DNA of 64,000 nt, taken from a virus. Location of the stretch: positions 1-64,000 of IMG/VR virus record IMGVR_UViG_3300029908_000017; one strand, 5' to 3'. Each line of letters opens with the position of its first letter. Position 1 is the first letter of the stretch. The position numbers and the translations under genes are program-made. This document shows positions 27,937 through 39,679 of this stretch, piece by piece. The notes below the pieces were generated by a model. It worked only from the letters and a program-made list of their open reading frames with translations, was not told the DNA's origin and made no database searches.

Positions 27937-30705
27937 CTAATTTTGCCACACCCATTCATTATTATGCCAAATAGTTTCTTTTGAATAGATAGGATTTTTA
28001 TCTTTCCAACAAGTACCTACATTTAATTCACAACCTAGATTATCCCCACTAGCTAATTTTACTTTATTAGTCATATAATATCTGATAACTTCTGGAAAAT
28101 AATTATCTTTCATTAAATCCTCTTTTAATAGAAATTGTAGATCATCGTGTACGATATTACATGGTTTGATATGCTTCATCCATAACCCATCTTTTATAAA
28201 CTGATTCTTAAGTTGAACAGCACAATCAAAAACAAATAAAGTCATCTCACTTCCAATTGGAAAACTTAAACTTTGATTTAAGTAACCTGCCTTAATAGCA
28301 AAATCATTAGTTTTATCAAATTTTAATACCATTCCCCTGGCATTAGTAATTTGGTCATACTCTAAAACTTCTTGTTTACATTTTTCTCTGTAATTAATGT
28401 AATCAGGATAACCATACCAAGTCTTCAAAGCATATTCTACTTCTTCTAACTGTAACATAAACCCACTCTCAGCAAAAATGATAGCTTGAATAGGTAATGC
28501 AGCTTGCTCTAATTCCGCAATATACGAGCAATTAAAACTAATTGCTTTCGCACTGGTATAGTAGTTGGTGTCATCTTTAGTTAATTTATCGTTCTGAAAA
28601 TACTCCTTCATTTTTTTCAAATGAAATCCCCCTGCACGTATGGCCGTTATAAATTTAGAATCTTTACTAAGAAAAGCTTGTACTCCTAAATCGGCGGAAG
28701 CCACGTCCGAACATGCATATAACCAGTTTGGTTGATTACGTGAATAAAACGAATTACGTATATTTGCAGGGATTATCTCCTTATCCGCTACTTTACGTTC
28801 TTCTTTTGGTAACTCATAATAATTTGGAACAAAAATAGGTGAAATAAATGCCAACACTTTGTTCGCAGGATTTTGACAATTCGGAGAGCTACTAGTTCTA
28901 AAATTTTTCAAACATTCGAAAAAGTCTACTCTCATTATTCCATCTTTATTGATAGCATTCCAATAACTTTGCTTAAGAGGATCGCTTTCTAAATCTTCAG
29001 GTGCTTCAAGTTCTACATCATCTAACAAATCTTCTAACTCGTCTAAAGTATTTACACCTTTTTTACTTAAAAATTTATTTGAAAAAACAGCTATTCTATT
29101 TAGATCTAATAGATTTTTTACGATGTCTATCTTTATGCTTATATCTTTTGCTATGTCGTCAGGAGCTATTTTTAAATGCCCTTGTAATTCAAAAAATATA
29201 GTGGAAAGACTTCTGCCATTTGTAGAAGGGGAATACTGCGCTTGAACTTGTTTACTTTTTTTTAACCACCAAGAACGAGGGCGAGGACTTTTTCCAGATT
29301 TTGTATAATATGCAGGTGTAAGATTTAATTTTTCAAACAATACATTTTTCTTTTGTATAGCTGAATTTGGGTTAAAGTCTTCTACACCTATTGCACTAAG
29401 TTTTTCATGTAGCGATTTTAATAAAGAATTATACTTTTCTTCATATTGTTTAGTTATTTTTTCCATTAAACCTATATCAATAGGTATGCCTGTCATCTCG
29501 ATGTCTAATAGATAATCGCCTAACGGCATATAAACTTCAAAAAAATAATTTTTTAAATTTTCCGGAAATTGTTTAAACATATTTAAACAAGCTTCTCTAT
29601 GAGAAACGGCATCACCTGCGCAATAATGGTAGAATAAATCAGGGTTACTAAACTTTACACACGACATTTCCGATTTGTTTATTTTATTTTCTCTTAAATA
29701 AACATTAAATGGAGTATAGTAGGACTCGTAATTAGTAAACCTTTTAATACCTGTTTCCAATCCTCTACCCCACCTACTGTCAAAAAAACCAACCGCTTTC
29801 ATTCCATCAAAGAAAAGATTTGCTTCTTTTAAATTAAATCCTCTATATCTTAAACGTTTATCATCTGCTCGTATATTCCAACCCATTCTTTTAATTTCAG
29901 GATGCTCTAAAAGAAGTTTAGCTGTATTTAACAAATCAAGATTTTCTTTGCCAGCAGGATCTTTTAAAAGATCAAAGATAATTGCTTTATCTTTTTCACA
30001 ACTAAATTGAAAGGTATAAACTTTTTCATTATCATGCCATTTTCCAGAAGGAGACAACCATTCCATATCATAACCGCAATAAAACATCTTATTGTCTACA
30101 TAATGATTTATCACGTATTCCGCGTCTGACACATTATCAATTACAACGTAATCGAATTTATCATAAGCTAATTGCTTGGTAATAAATCGTCTAGCTAAAT
30201 GAAAGTTTTCTTGAAATTCTCCACGGCGAGTTGGATCAACTGCTACAACCGTACCTGGACTGTGATTAGCCAATAATTTACAGTTATAAGGACAATCGAT
30301 CAACTCTCCAAGATAATCAGAGATCTTTACATTCTTCTTTAATACCCGTTTGAATACTTCTGCTCCTAGTGCAATAATCAGTTCAGGTTTTATTTCATTA
30401 ATCTCTTCTTCGAGATAAGGGTAAGATTCTGAAATATCGGAAGCTTTTGGTTTACTTTTACTACCCAACCCAGATTTGCAAATTGCTGTAATGTAGACGT
30501 TATCAAGATTTAAACCATTGACTTCCAACGCATCAAATAACTCTTGGGCGGCACCATTATCTTTTGATTGATGGAACAATTCATACTTTTGACAATCAAT
30601 TGATGAAGGATGGCTAGCAATGATCAATATTTTTGAAAGGGGATTTCCTCTTCCGGGAATGAGTAATTTTCCCGTTTCTAACGAACGACTGGGTACAGTA
30701 AGCAT
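27937..30705 (-). CDS. Family A DNA polymerase with N-terminal UDG-like domain and 3'-5' exonuclease
   Basis: VYITAICK...IIALG...HSP (UDG-like), DME and YCAGD (exo), RTSS-x-PN-x-QN-P, D-x4-DL, K-x3-F-x3-Y and VHDD. Confidence 0.9.
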   Translation of the reverse strand: MLTVPSRSLETGKLLIPGRGNPLSKILIIASHPSSIDCQKYELFHQSKDNGAAQELFDALEVNGLNLDNVYITAICKSGLGSKSKPKASDISESYPYLEEEINEIKPELIIALGAEVFKRVLKKNVKISDYLGELIDCPYNCKLLANHSPGTVVAVDPTRRGEFQENFHLARRFITKQLAYDKFDYVVIDNVSDAEYVINHYVDNKMFYCGYDMEWLSPSGKWHDNEKVYTFQFSCEKDKAIIFDLLKDPAGKENLDLLNTAKLLLEHPEIKRMGWNIRADDKRLRYRGFNLKEANLFFDGMKAVGFFDSRWGRGLETGIKRFTNYESYYTPFNVYLRENKINKSEMSCVKFSNPDLFYHYCAGDAVSHREACLNMFKQFPENLKNYFFEVYMPLGDYLLDIEMTGIPIDIGLMEKITKQYEEKYNSLLKSLHEKLSAIGVEDFNPNSAIQKKNVLFEKLNLTPAYYTKSGKSPRPRSWWLKKSKQVQAQYSPSTNGRSLSTIFFELQGHLKIAPDDIAKDISIKIDIVKNLLDLNRIAVFSNKFLSKKGVNTLDELEDLLDDVELEAPEDLESDPLKQSYWNAINKDGIMRVDFFECLKNFRTSSSPNCQNPANKVLAFISPIFVPNYYELPKEERKVADKEIIPANIRNSFYSRNQPNWLYACSDVASADLGVQAFLSKDSKFITAIRAGGFHLKKMKEYFQNDKLTKDDTNYYTSAKAISFNCSYIAELEQAALPIQAIIFAESGFMLQLEEVEYALKTWYGYPDYINYREKCKQEVLEYDQITNARGMVLKFDKTNDFAIKAGYLNQSLSFPIGSEMTLFVFDCAVQLKNQFIKDGLWMKHIKPCNIVHDDLQFLLKEDLMKDNYFPEVIRYYMTNKVKLASGDNLGCELNVGTCWKDKNPIYSKETIWHNNEWVWQN

Positions 30706-30775
30706 AATTTCATAAGGCCAGCAATTGGTTGATTGCTATCGCCGATGATAACTGTAAGTTATCGGTTAATACCTG

Positions 30776-31865
30776 TCAAACGGATTTCACATCCTCTATT
30801 AATTTCCGCTCTTCCAATTTATTAGCCAAAGAAGATAAAGCGATAACCAATTCGCGAGCTTCTTCAATATCCAAAAGAAGATCAGAAATAATGTTACCCT
30901 CTTTCATCTTTTTAACACTGACCAGATATTCGAAATCAACATCTTCTCGTATTATAAGTTTATTACCCGTACCCGTGTCTAAATTGATTACTTCGAAAAC
31001 AGTATCGGTTACATACTTCTTGCCCATATTCATAGATTAAATTTTTCTTGAAGAGTTTTAACTAATTCAGTCAACTCTTTCTTGTTTAGTGTTAGAATGT
31101 GAGTTAATTCAGCAGTTTCATCGATATGTTCAATTCGGTAACTAACAGCTTCAATCTCCTGATCGAAAAATTCAGTTACTCTTAACCCCGCTTCATTTTC
31201 ATCTAAAAAGCTATGATTGTTTTCAACGTTCATCTTTAAATTCCTTTAATGCTTTAATGAATTCATCAATCATTTCTTTTCTAATGTCCACACCTTGTTC
31301 ACCTTGGAAAATACGAATATACTTATAACAATCTTTATGTGTTCTTAAACTCACCATTGTATCGTCGTCTAACGATGGGTCAAAACAAGTTATATCAACC
31401 TGTTTGTTCACTATTATATTCATTAAATAGGTTCCAGTTCTTGATTATTTTTAATTGTAACTCCTACATCGGCATTTCCAAATTTTGCTGCCTTGTAATA
31501 CAAAACAATGGCATTTGGGTCTTCTATAAAATTATGCTTTTTCCTTCCAATAATCTTACGAAGTAATCCTAATCGTGGATGCTTAAACATTTGTCCGAAT
31601 TGTATATCATCAAAAATCATTTTTTACTATTTGTTAGATAAGGATTTGGTTCATCCCATATACTTGCGTCTTGTACAGGTGACAATACAATTTCATAATC
31701 TTTCGCATTATCAATATTTCTGAGCCGTGATTCTGCTACACGTAGGTCATAGAGATAATAGTGTTTATCCTTAAAGATATCAATTCGTTCATCCGCATCC
31801 CATCCTGCAAAAAATTTTCCTTCTTTATTACGAATGGCAAACATTTGTTTTTTTACTTGTGACAT
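30776..31865 (-). CDS. Five coupled small hypothetical ORFs
   Basis: 30776..31033, 31030..31233, 31223..31423, 31423..31620 and 31617..31865 overlap at start/stop. Confidence 0.6.
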
Positions 31866-31866
31866 A

Positions 31867-33288
31867 TTAATTGGTTATAGGGTTTGGTGGTAATGGCGAT
31901 CCTTCTACAGGAATAGCTGTTCTAACTAATTCATTGTTGGATGATACAACTGGTAAATGATCATTTGAAGAAAATCGTAATTGTCGTTGATTTCCATCAC
32001 CTAAGGGAGCTTCATCTTTGATATCCATTGTTTCAAATAAGGCTTCATGTTTTAATTCAAAGTTTGGAGAGTGCCGGGCTTTTAAAGAATGAATATTCAT
32101 TAACGGGTGATTAGCATTCTTACGTCCAATGACAATTACTAATCCACACTTACGCATGGCCCCTTTAAAACCAGCAATCTCCTTACTTGTATAGTTTAGC
32201 CGCATGTCGGTCAATTGATGAAGAATTATTAAAGCAAAAGCTTTCCTTCCTCCCAATAAACCAGACGTTAATTTAAATAACGCTAATAAAATACTTTCAT
32301 ACATCTCCCAATTGGATTTTGTTTCATTATCTGCCTTCATGAATTCTAACTGATCGATTACAATTTCGTCAGGCCAGAAATCATTTTCCTCGCAATATTT
32401 AAGTAGTAATTCATTTAACGTTGAGGGAGCTAGAGGTGTTACATCTCGAAGATCGAAAATTCGTAAATTATTGATTAAAGCGTTATGTAAATCACTATCT
32501 AGTTCATCAAGCTTTCTTTGTAAAAACTCTTGTTCTACCACCCCTCGATAAAGGTTGGTATAAGATATCTGTAAAACGTTGGCGTAAAATCTCTGTGTCA
32601 CATTAATGGCAGGTTCTTCCAGACTTAAATATAGTACTTTTTTACCAGATGTAGCTGCATTTTTACTGAATACAGTAGCAGCGGTTGTCTTACCCCCTCC
32701 AGAAGCTGCCATAACTAACGCCATCTCTTGTACACCAAATCCTTGAATGATTGCGTCGATTCTAGTCAGCCCTGTAGGAATGAAGTCAATGTGGCTACGC
32801 CTGACAATACTTTCAAATGGGTTGATGACTTGAACATGTTCATGAGCATCCGAAATAGTAATGTCATCTACCAATTTTGCATATTCTTTGGCTAATGTAT
32901 CTAAATCGGATTTATGTGTCATCTGCAACCGTTGTCCACGTTTCAATTTAAAGAAACTAGGAAGATTACTGACTACATATTCCGAACTTAATTCAGTGTT
33001 ATATATCTGAGCAATGAATTCTGTTAATTGACCAATATCTGTACCAGTAAACTTATTATCATTTAATCTTGTACCTACCGCATTAATAAATACATCGTAG
33101 GCAATCGGTGAATTATTTATTTCCAGAACAATGCCAACAAATTCACGATAAACTCGAATACCTGTTACTGGGTCACCAAAATCATCAACACTAATTTTTA
33201 AATCTTTGGCTTTTTGAAAAGTTGCGCGATCCATTATTAGATGTTTGATAACTATTTCAATAAACTCTGGAGAATCAATTGTTAGCAT
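31867..33288 (-). CDS. DnaB-like replicative helicase
   Basis: TGL-x-x-ID, AASGGGKTT, YLSLEE, IVIDQL, HQ and KARH. Confidence 0.9.
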   Translation of the reverse strand: MLTIDSPEFIEIVIKHLIMDRATFQKAKDLKISVDDFGDPVTGIRVYREFVGIVLEINNSPIAYDVFINAVGTRLNDNKFTGTDIGQLTEFIAQIYNTELSSEYVVSNLPSFFKLKRGQRLQMTHKSDLDTLAKEYAKLVDDITISDAHEHVQVINPFESIVRRSHIDFIPTGLTRIDAIIQGFGVQEMALVMAASGGGKTTAATVFSKNAATSGKKVLYLSLEEPAINVTQRFYANVLQISYTNLYRGVVEQEFLQRKLDELDSDLHNALINNLRIFDLRDVTPLAPSTLNELLLKYCEENDFWPDEIVIDQLEFMKADNETKSNWEMYESILLALFKLTSGLLGGRKAFALIILHQLTDMRLNYTSKEIAGFKGAMRKCGLVIVIGRKNANHPLMNIHSLKARHSPNFELKHEALFETMDIKDEAPLGDGNQRQLRFSSNDHLPVVSSNNELVRTAIPVEGSPLPPNPITN

Positions 33289-33836
33289 AATCTTGATAAG
33301 TCGAACTTTTTTTCTTTAAGAAAATGTAACAACGCTTCATCGATTGGAAATACCTTTGACTTATATTTATCGATTACTTCTTGTACAGGTTCTTTGGTGA
33401 TTAGAATACGAAACCAATTTTTCAGATTTACATAATCCTTCATTAACGCCTGTTCAACTGTAAGGCCAGATTGTATCAGATTACGTAGATAGGATAATTG
33501 TGTTTGGTATAAATCTTCGTAAGCAATGGGTGTTTCATTAATGCAATTCTTTTGTACATATTCTCTATATTTACTCTCTGCATATTGGGTATGAAGAAAT
33601 GAAGATTGAAAATGATCAATGTTCTTAATATTATTAAACTGAGCTTTGACGAACAATACAGGATCAGCATCAATACGGTAGCAAATTTCTGCCGCTTTTT
33701 CAAACGCAGTAATATCTTTACTACCGTATTTATACCAGGGTAATAACTTTCTGGCTTCTTCCTTAAAAGATTCGGCAATACTTTCTTTTAATCCATTAAA
33801 AACATGAATATCCATTATTGCGGAATAGTTGGACAA
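33282..33836 (-). CDS. Hypothetical protein, possible helicase loader
   Basis: Helical protein between primase and helicase; context only. Confidence 0.35.
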   Translation of the reverse strand: MSNYSAIMDIHVFNGLKESIAESFKEEARKLLPWYKYGSKDITAFEKAAEICYRIDADPVLFVKAQFNNIKNIDHFQSSFLHTQYAESKYREYVQKNCINETPIAYEDLYQTQLSYLRNLIQSGLTVEQALMKDYVNLKNWFRILITKEPVQEVIDKYKSKVFPIDEALLHFLKEKKFDLSRLC

Positions 33837-34507
33837 TCTGAATAATTAGGATTATGAATTAGTGGATTTACCTCACCAAAAGATAATTCTGCTTTAGTTA
33901 CAACCGGTACTGTATAAAACTCGTAATTTGTATCTAGCTTAACAATCATGTTATGTCCAATTGCTTGATCAGGTTGTTTATCAAAACTTCTTTGATAAAT
34001 AATATGGTCTTTCTTATCATCAGGTAGCTTATCCCTTAATACACTATCCCATATAAATATGTCATTATGTTCATATTTTTTACCATCAATAAAATAACTA
34101 AATTTGCTTTCATGTTTAGTTTCAATAACTTCCAAATTTTCTTTCTTTACTACTTCTTCAAAAGTAATAGGGTCTAGTATCTTTGGAACCGAAGACTGTT
34201 CAATAATCGGTTCATCCACAACCTTCGCTACTTGCCCTTCTTTGATATCTGAAGCTGCGATATATATGATTGTATTATTCGATGAACAATTTTTCAGTTC
34301 ATTCAACAATCGGTTATTTTCTTTGATAAGTTCATAAATAATAATACTTAGTTCAATTCCAGTAAGCCCTTTTTGTTTTACCAGGTTTTTAGCATTCCGG
34401 TAAATGAAATGATTATTAACGGCCCATTTATGGAAGTTATCTAGGTCATCATAAATTTCATAATCTGGTTTGTCTAGATTGATACTTGGAAATTCTGGTT
34501 CGTTCAT
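33815..34507 (-). CDS. Hypothetical protein
   Basis: ATGA-coupled to primase. Confidence 0.65.
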   Translation of the reverse strand: MNEPEFPSINLDKPDYEIYDDLDNFHKWAVNNHFIYRNAKNLVKQKGLTGIELSIIIYELIKENNRLLNELKNCSSNNTIIYIAASDIKEGQVAKVVDEPIIEQSSVPKILDPITFEEVVKKENLEVIETKHESKFSYFIDGKKYEHNDIFIWDSVLRDKLPDDKKDHIIYQRSFDKQPDQAIGHNMIVKLDTNYEFYTVPVVTKAELSFGEVNPLIHNPNYSDCPTIPQ

Positions 34508-35430
34508 AATTTGCTTTCTATAATTTTCTGTACTTGTTTGTGAGTTAGTTCGTCAGGACTTTTAACTCCATAATCTTCTGGATTAATGTTTATTGTTTCT
34601 CGCCCATTAAACCGAAGTTGTGTTAAGTGGATATCCGCTTCTTCTTGTGCATCGGAATCGAGGAAGAATATAATTCGCTTCCAGTTGTTTTGCAACAACT
34701 GTATTTGCTGTGAAGATATTCCCTTACCCAACGTCGCCACACCTGCTGAAGGATGTTTCCACGATTTTTTTATGCCCTCAAAAGTTACGACGTATTCTGA
34801 TTTTTTTGCATTATCAAAGTTGTATAAATAATTTCCTTTATTAAATACATGAAAATATTTCATTTTTTTGAATCGTTCACCATTAGGTGTACCGGGTATA
34901 AACCTACACTGCCATCCAACCAATTCTTGATTAAAGAAAACGGGAAATACGAGGCTGTCAAATGGTCGAATGATTGTTGGTTTGTCTTCACCTTTATCAA
35001 ACTTTATTTCTTTTTCACAACCCTCAGGAATAAAGTAGACCCAGTACTTTTCGAATAATTCATCAAAGTTATAAAAATGATCTTTTTTCAGAAATTCAAT
35101 AGCTGGATGATTAATGGCTAGTTTATTAATCGGTATAGCTGTAGAAAATGGAAACTCACGCGCTTGAGGATGTTCATAGTTTTCATAGTCGTCAGTCTTA
35201 CCTGTGAATTCTATTTTCTCACCCAATAGATCATCCAGGAAAATATACTCATTACATATAAAACAATGGCTGCTACTTACATTCGGATGTACGTATCTCC
35301 TCATTTTTTTACCGTGTGCTACATCACAAGTTAAACAGTTGATGCGCATCCATCCCTGATTACCCTCTCGGTATTTAAACCCTTTTTGTCTTAATAATGC
35401 TTTGAATTCCTTGGATGATCCAATATTCAC
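34504..35430 (-). CDS. DNA primase (Zn finger + TOPRIM)
   Basis: CLTC...HCFIC, GWQCR, FEG, ATLG and LDSDA. Confidence 0.88.
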   Translation of the reverse strand: MNIGSSKEFKALLRQKGFKYREGNQGWMRINCLTCDVAHGKKMRRYVHPNVSSSHCFICNEYIFLDDLLGEKIEFTGKTDDYENYEHPQAREFPFSTAIPINKLAINHPAIEFLKKDHFYNFDELFEKYWVYFIPEGCEKEIKFDKGEDKPTIIRPFDSLVFPVFFNQELVGWQCRFIPGTPNGERFKKMKYFHVFNKGNYLYNFDNAKKSEYVVTFEGIKKSWKHPSAGVATLGKGISSQQIQLLQNNWKRIIFFLDSDAQEEADIHLTQLRFNGRETININPEDYGVKSPDELTHKQVQKIIESKL

Positions 35431-35555
35431 AATTATTAAAGGTTAGTCTGCCCGTAAAATACGAAGAAAATAATGCCTATCAGACACAAGGCACAAACGA
35501 AGACAATTAAATCGGTTCTGCCTGTATAATACAAATGATCTTTTTCCATAATTTT

Positions 35556-37028
35556 TTAAGCTCCATCAATCGGATTATAAATATTCCAATCAATATCTTG
35601 CACTTTATTCACGATTACTACTTTCCATCCTTGAGACAGATAATGTTCTTTTCGTTTTTCTGACATATTTAATAACGCCTCGTCATGTTCATCCCAAAAA
35701 TCAATAACGTTAAAATGATGTTTTGGGGGTACATTCAAGGCTAATCGTCGATCTTCTGTTAGTACACGGCTTCCTCGTAATGCTTCCTGCAGTACTTCAA
35801 TTACACTCGAACCACCTGTGGCCTGAATGACTACACGACAATTTGGATTATCAAAACCTGCTCGTAAAACATCCGAAGAACAAAGGAATTGTACTTCGTT
35901 GTCCACAAACTGTTGAATATTCCTGGATTGCTCTTTTGGTGTCAATGCCAGTTCTTTAATTTCAGACTTATTAGAATTACGATGAATAATTTTTGTTTCA
36001 GGAGGTAAAAAGGTTATCAAATTCTTTAAATGATTTTTTACCTGATCGATGAAAATCAATGTCTGCCGACTTTCTGGAATTACCTTACAAACATCTCCAA
36101 TCAGTTTATTACGAACGGTATTTTTCAGGATACCTTCTCGTAATTTCTTTTCCATGCTTCCTCCAATAGGCATCTGCTTACCTGCAGGTACTTTGATAAA
36201 GTAAACTACACATGGAACAACCGCACCCATTTTAATGGCTTCTGGATAATTAATAGTAATTAAAGGCTCTCCAAAAAACCCTTTCAATACTTTATCTGCT
36301 TTCGAAAACAAACCTTGATCAGTGGCAGTATAACCAAATATTCGTATTGGCTCAATCCCTCCAATGATTTCTTGAATTTTGTCACCCGCTGTTCCTTGAA
36401 GTTCATCAATCAATAATAGCTGTGTTTTTTCTAACGAACAATTTTTCAAAGATGAAAATGTAGTTATAGTAACATCGTTACTTACATCGTTAGCTCCCCC
36501 ACCGATACGACCAACATGCTTGTGAGGAAAAAGTTCTTTGAACAGTTTATAAAGCTGCTCAACTACTTCTTTATAAGGAACAGCAACTACGGTATTTAAT
36601 GAATTCCAAGCTGCGTATGTACTAGCTATACAACGACTTTTACCAAATCCTCCACAACCTTTAAACATTCCACTTTCAGATTTGCCTGCGTTTAAAAAGT
36701 TAATTAATGGAAGAATCTGGTAATCTCGTAATCCTACGTTTCTAACTGCCATCCAATCAATTTCCGGCATCGGTGTACGGCGGTCTTCAACTTTAGGTGT
36801 ATCTAAATTCTTTTGGATTAGCTTTATGACTTTAGTATAAAACCCTCGAAGAGTAAATATACCCCCACTACCATCCAGAGAATATAACAATAATTTTTGA
36901 TAATCGTCTACTTTCTGCCAATTCTGTGTTTTGAATGAACGTTTAGTGTATTGTAAATAACTAAGTAAATAAGGGGGAGCAGGGGTTATCCATAATCCTT
37001 TGTCTCCCCTTATTATGTTAATTTCCAT
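35556..37028 (-). CDS. Superfamily 2 helicase (UvsW-like)
   Basis: LRDYQ, GFGKS, LIDE, TAT, GFD-x-P and Q-x3-R-x-x-R. Confidence 0.85.
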   Translation of the reverse strand: MEINIIRGDKGLWITPAPPYLLSYLQYTKRSFKTQNWQKVDDYQKLLLYSLDGSGGIFTLRGFYTKVIKLIQKNLDTPKVEDRRTPMPEIDWMAVRNVGLRDYQILPLINFLNAGKSESGMFKGCGGFGKSRCIASTYAAWNSLNTVVAVPYKEVVEQLYKLFKELFPHKHVGRIGGGANDVSNDVTITTFSSLKNCSLEKTQLLLIDELQGTAGDKIQEIIGGIEPIRIFGYTATDQGLFSKADKVLKGFFGEPLITINYPEAIKMGAVVPCVVYFIKVPAGKQMPIGGSMEKKLREGILKNTVRNKLIGDVCKVIPESRQTLIFIDQVKNHLKNLITFLPPETKIIHRNSNKSEIKELALTPKEQSRNIQQFVDNEVQFLCSSDVLRAGFDNPNCRVVIQATGGSSVIEVLQEALRGSRVLTEDRRLALNVPPKHHFNVIDFWDEHDEALLNMSEKRKEHYLSQGWKVVIVNKVQDIDWNIYNPIDGA

Positions 37029-37599
37029 TTTTTGAAGATTGTTCGATTATTTCATGATAAACCCTAAAAGAATCACTTGAATATTTTCGCCAATGCTCTC
37101 TACCTGGGATATCCCCACTCAAGCACATTTCCGAAATATTATAGTAATATTCTTTTGCTAAAGACAAGGCATCCAATGTAACTGCGAGATCACTATCTGT
37201 CAAGATTACGTTAACGCTTTTAATGTCGTTACTCATTACTCTTATAACATAGGTTACTGTTTAACGCTCCTGGCAATTTACATGTATTTAAATACCAAAG
37301 TAGTGACTTGGCAAGCTCATCAGCAGGTAATCGGAGAATCTCTTTATATAAATCGCTATATTCCCAATTTTTGAAATTCACGGATACTAAGCCCAGACTT
37401 ATCTCTTTATTGACCCACTTTTCCAGTTTACTAATATTATTAATGTTTTTCATATATCTCTACTATATCTACCACTGTTTCAAATATTCTACTCCACTTC
37501 GTCATGAATCCTTCAGGCTTATTCGGTTTAGGTTGCTCCGATAATTCTGCAATTTTCTTTACACCTTTACTTGTCGCTCGTAACTTTTTGACTAGATTT

Positions 37600-39675
37600 T
37601 TATTCATACTCCTTGTCCAAGTCTATAACATGGTCAACAACATCTGCCAACTTTTCAGAATGATCGATAATGAACACTTGTTCGAATTGATTTCTAGGAA
37701 ATTGCCGAATCATATCAAAATATATTTCTTGATTGATTTTGTGTAATCCAGTAGAACCTTCATCGATGATTATGAAACTGAAGTTCTGCGCAAAAAGTTG
37801 TAGCAACGCCAGTCGTAAACACAACCCGATAATCATGGCTTGCCCTCCCGAAACAATAGGAAGCCTATGTCCTTCGACATTAATTACATCAATACCAAAA
37901 TCGTCATTAACATTTGCCGTATAAGGAATATTGAACTTTACCAAATTTTGAAGTAAGTAATCTGTAACAACATATGAGTATTTTTGAATGACCTTTTTCG
38001 CAAACTGATTAGCGTGAAAGGCATCGTACAAAGCAAGTAACGATTTTTCTAAAATATTCCGTTGTTGATTTCGTTTAATATTCGTTTCCGAATTTACAAT
38101 ACGTTGATTGAGATTACTAATCTCTGCATTCAATACAGAAACGGCTTTATCAATCTCCTGTTTTTCAAGTATCTTTACTTTATATACCGAAGCGTCATAA
38201 CTAGCTTGTTGCAATAGCTTATGTAACTCTTCTTTACCCAAACTTGTAAATTCAGTATTTAAACTATTTCTAAGGGCCTCGCTGGCTTTAATATCTTGTT
38301 CAATTAACATAATGTTATGTACAAAAATATTAATATCCTTCGATAGCTTATCTAGTTTACTATAAGCAGCAATATACAGTTGATGTGAACTTTCGTCATA
38401 TTCAACATGAGTATATTTCAATAACTCAGTTTGAATAAACTGATAATTATTAGACAGTTTATCATATGTTTCTTTATGCTTAAGATAAGGAGTGATCTTG
38501 TCCCTCTGCAAAGTTAAATCGATATTTGAACGAAGAACCACATCTTGGTAACCTGCTAACTCTTCACGAAGGATCTTTATCAGATTCGCGATTACATGAA
38601 TATCCTGCCCACACGTTGGACAGACTGCTTTATCCGTTAATGAGGAATATTTACGTAACTTAGCATTTGCCTCAACAATATTCTTCTCCGCTAAATTTAT
38701 TGTTGTGTGGAGGGCTTCAATTTGAATTCTTAACGCATTAATATTCTCATTAATATTGTTAATATCAAATTCTTTTAGTCTTTTTTCAACATCAGCAGAT
38801 TGATTACTTAATGCATTACGGCTCTCCATTCGAATTTTACATTCTTCGAATTTCGCCAACTGTTCGGAAAGTTGGCTTAAACTAAACGGTGCGTTCTTTA
38901 GTTCTGCTTCAAACCCTTCTTTGATCTTTTGCTCGCTGTTTAATTTATTGAGTAACTGCGTGAGCTTAAGATTAATCTCTTCTTGCTTAACAATATTAGC
39001 CAAAGTGAATTGAATATCCCGAATTTGATTTTCCAAAACACGATAACCATCCAATGTTACAAGCGTATAATCAGCAGATTTGATCTTCTGTAATACAAGA
39101 CTCTCGTTTTTGATAAGCAATTCTGCCTCGATTGCCTGTACATCGTCCACAGGAAAAGGAGGAGGAAGCGTTTTGATATAATCCTTCCAGATGATATCTC
39201 GTAACTTCTCGGTATTGGGTACAAGAAATATCTTTTGAAAGATACTCGTTCGTTCTGCTTTACTTCCTAGAAATAATTTAGGAATCTCTCCCTGTCTGGC
39301 AATAATGATATTATTGAATATCTCAGAATTAATGTTTAGTAGCTTGTCCCAGAATTCTTTGACTTCACTAGATTTCTTATATTCCTTACCTGCATATTTT
39401 AAAATGACCTTAGACGTGTCTAAATGCCTTTCTAAGTAAACTTCCTTACCTTCGTGTGTGAACTTACCAGAGACATAACCTGTCACCTCCCCGACAGTTA
39501 TAGCCTCCTCTTTGGTGCCTTCAATGTCACCTGTACATAAAAAGGATATACCTTCAACAATTCTTGATTTTCCTTTACCGTTTGATCCAATAATACCAAT
39601 AATCCCTTTTGAAAAATCAAAACATCTATTTTTAAAGACTCGAAAATTCTTAAAATAAAGTTTTTCTAGAATCAT
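37600..39675 (-). CDS. SbcC/Rad50-like ATPase (start revised to 39675)
   Basis: GSNGKGKS, Q-loop, coiled coil, CPTC hook, SGGQ, IIDEG and H-loop. Confidence 0.92.
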   Translation of the reverse strand: MILEKLYFKNFRVFKNRCFDFSKGIIGIIGSNGKGKSRIVEGISFLCTGDIEGTKEEAITVGEVTGYVSGKFTHEGKEVYLERHLDTSKVILKYAGKEYKKSSEVKEFWDKLLNINSEIFNNIIIARQGEIPKLFLGSKAERTSIFQKIFLVPNTEKLRDIIWKDYIKTLPPPFPVDDVQAIEAELLIKNESLVLQKIKSADYTLVTLDGYRVLENQIRDIQFTLANIVKQEEINLKLTQLLNKLNSEQKIKEGFEAELKNAPFSLSQLSEQLAKFEECKIRMESRNALSNQSADVEKRLKEFDINNINENINALRIQIEALHTTINLAEKNIVEANAKLRKYSSLTDKAVCPTCGQDIHVIANLIKILREELAGYQDVVLRSNIDLTLQRDKITPYLKHKETYDKLSNNYQFIQTELLKYTHVEYDESSHQLYIAAYSKLDKLSKDINIFVHNIMLIEQDIKASEALRNSLNTEFTSLGKEELHKLLQQASYDASVYKVKILEKQEIDKAVSVLNAEISNLNQRIVNSETNIKRNQQRNILEKSLLALYDAFHANQFAKKVIQKYSYVVTDYLLQNLVKFNIPYTANVNDDFGIDVINVEGHRLPIVSGGQAMIIGLCLRLALLQLFAQNFSFIIIDEGSTGLHKINQEIYFDMIRQFPRNQFEQVFIIDHSEKLADVVDHVIDLDKEYE

Positions 39676-39679
39676 TTTT

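Noticed and set aside
36971-36990. G-runs as additional C-box promoters (also 50621, 60720)
   Set aside because: Inside coding sequence and lacking GGTATA(A/G)T at the fixed distance.
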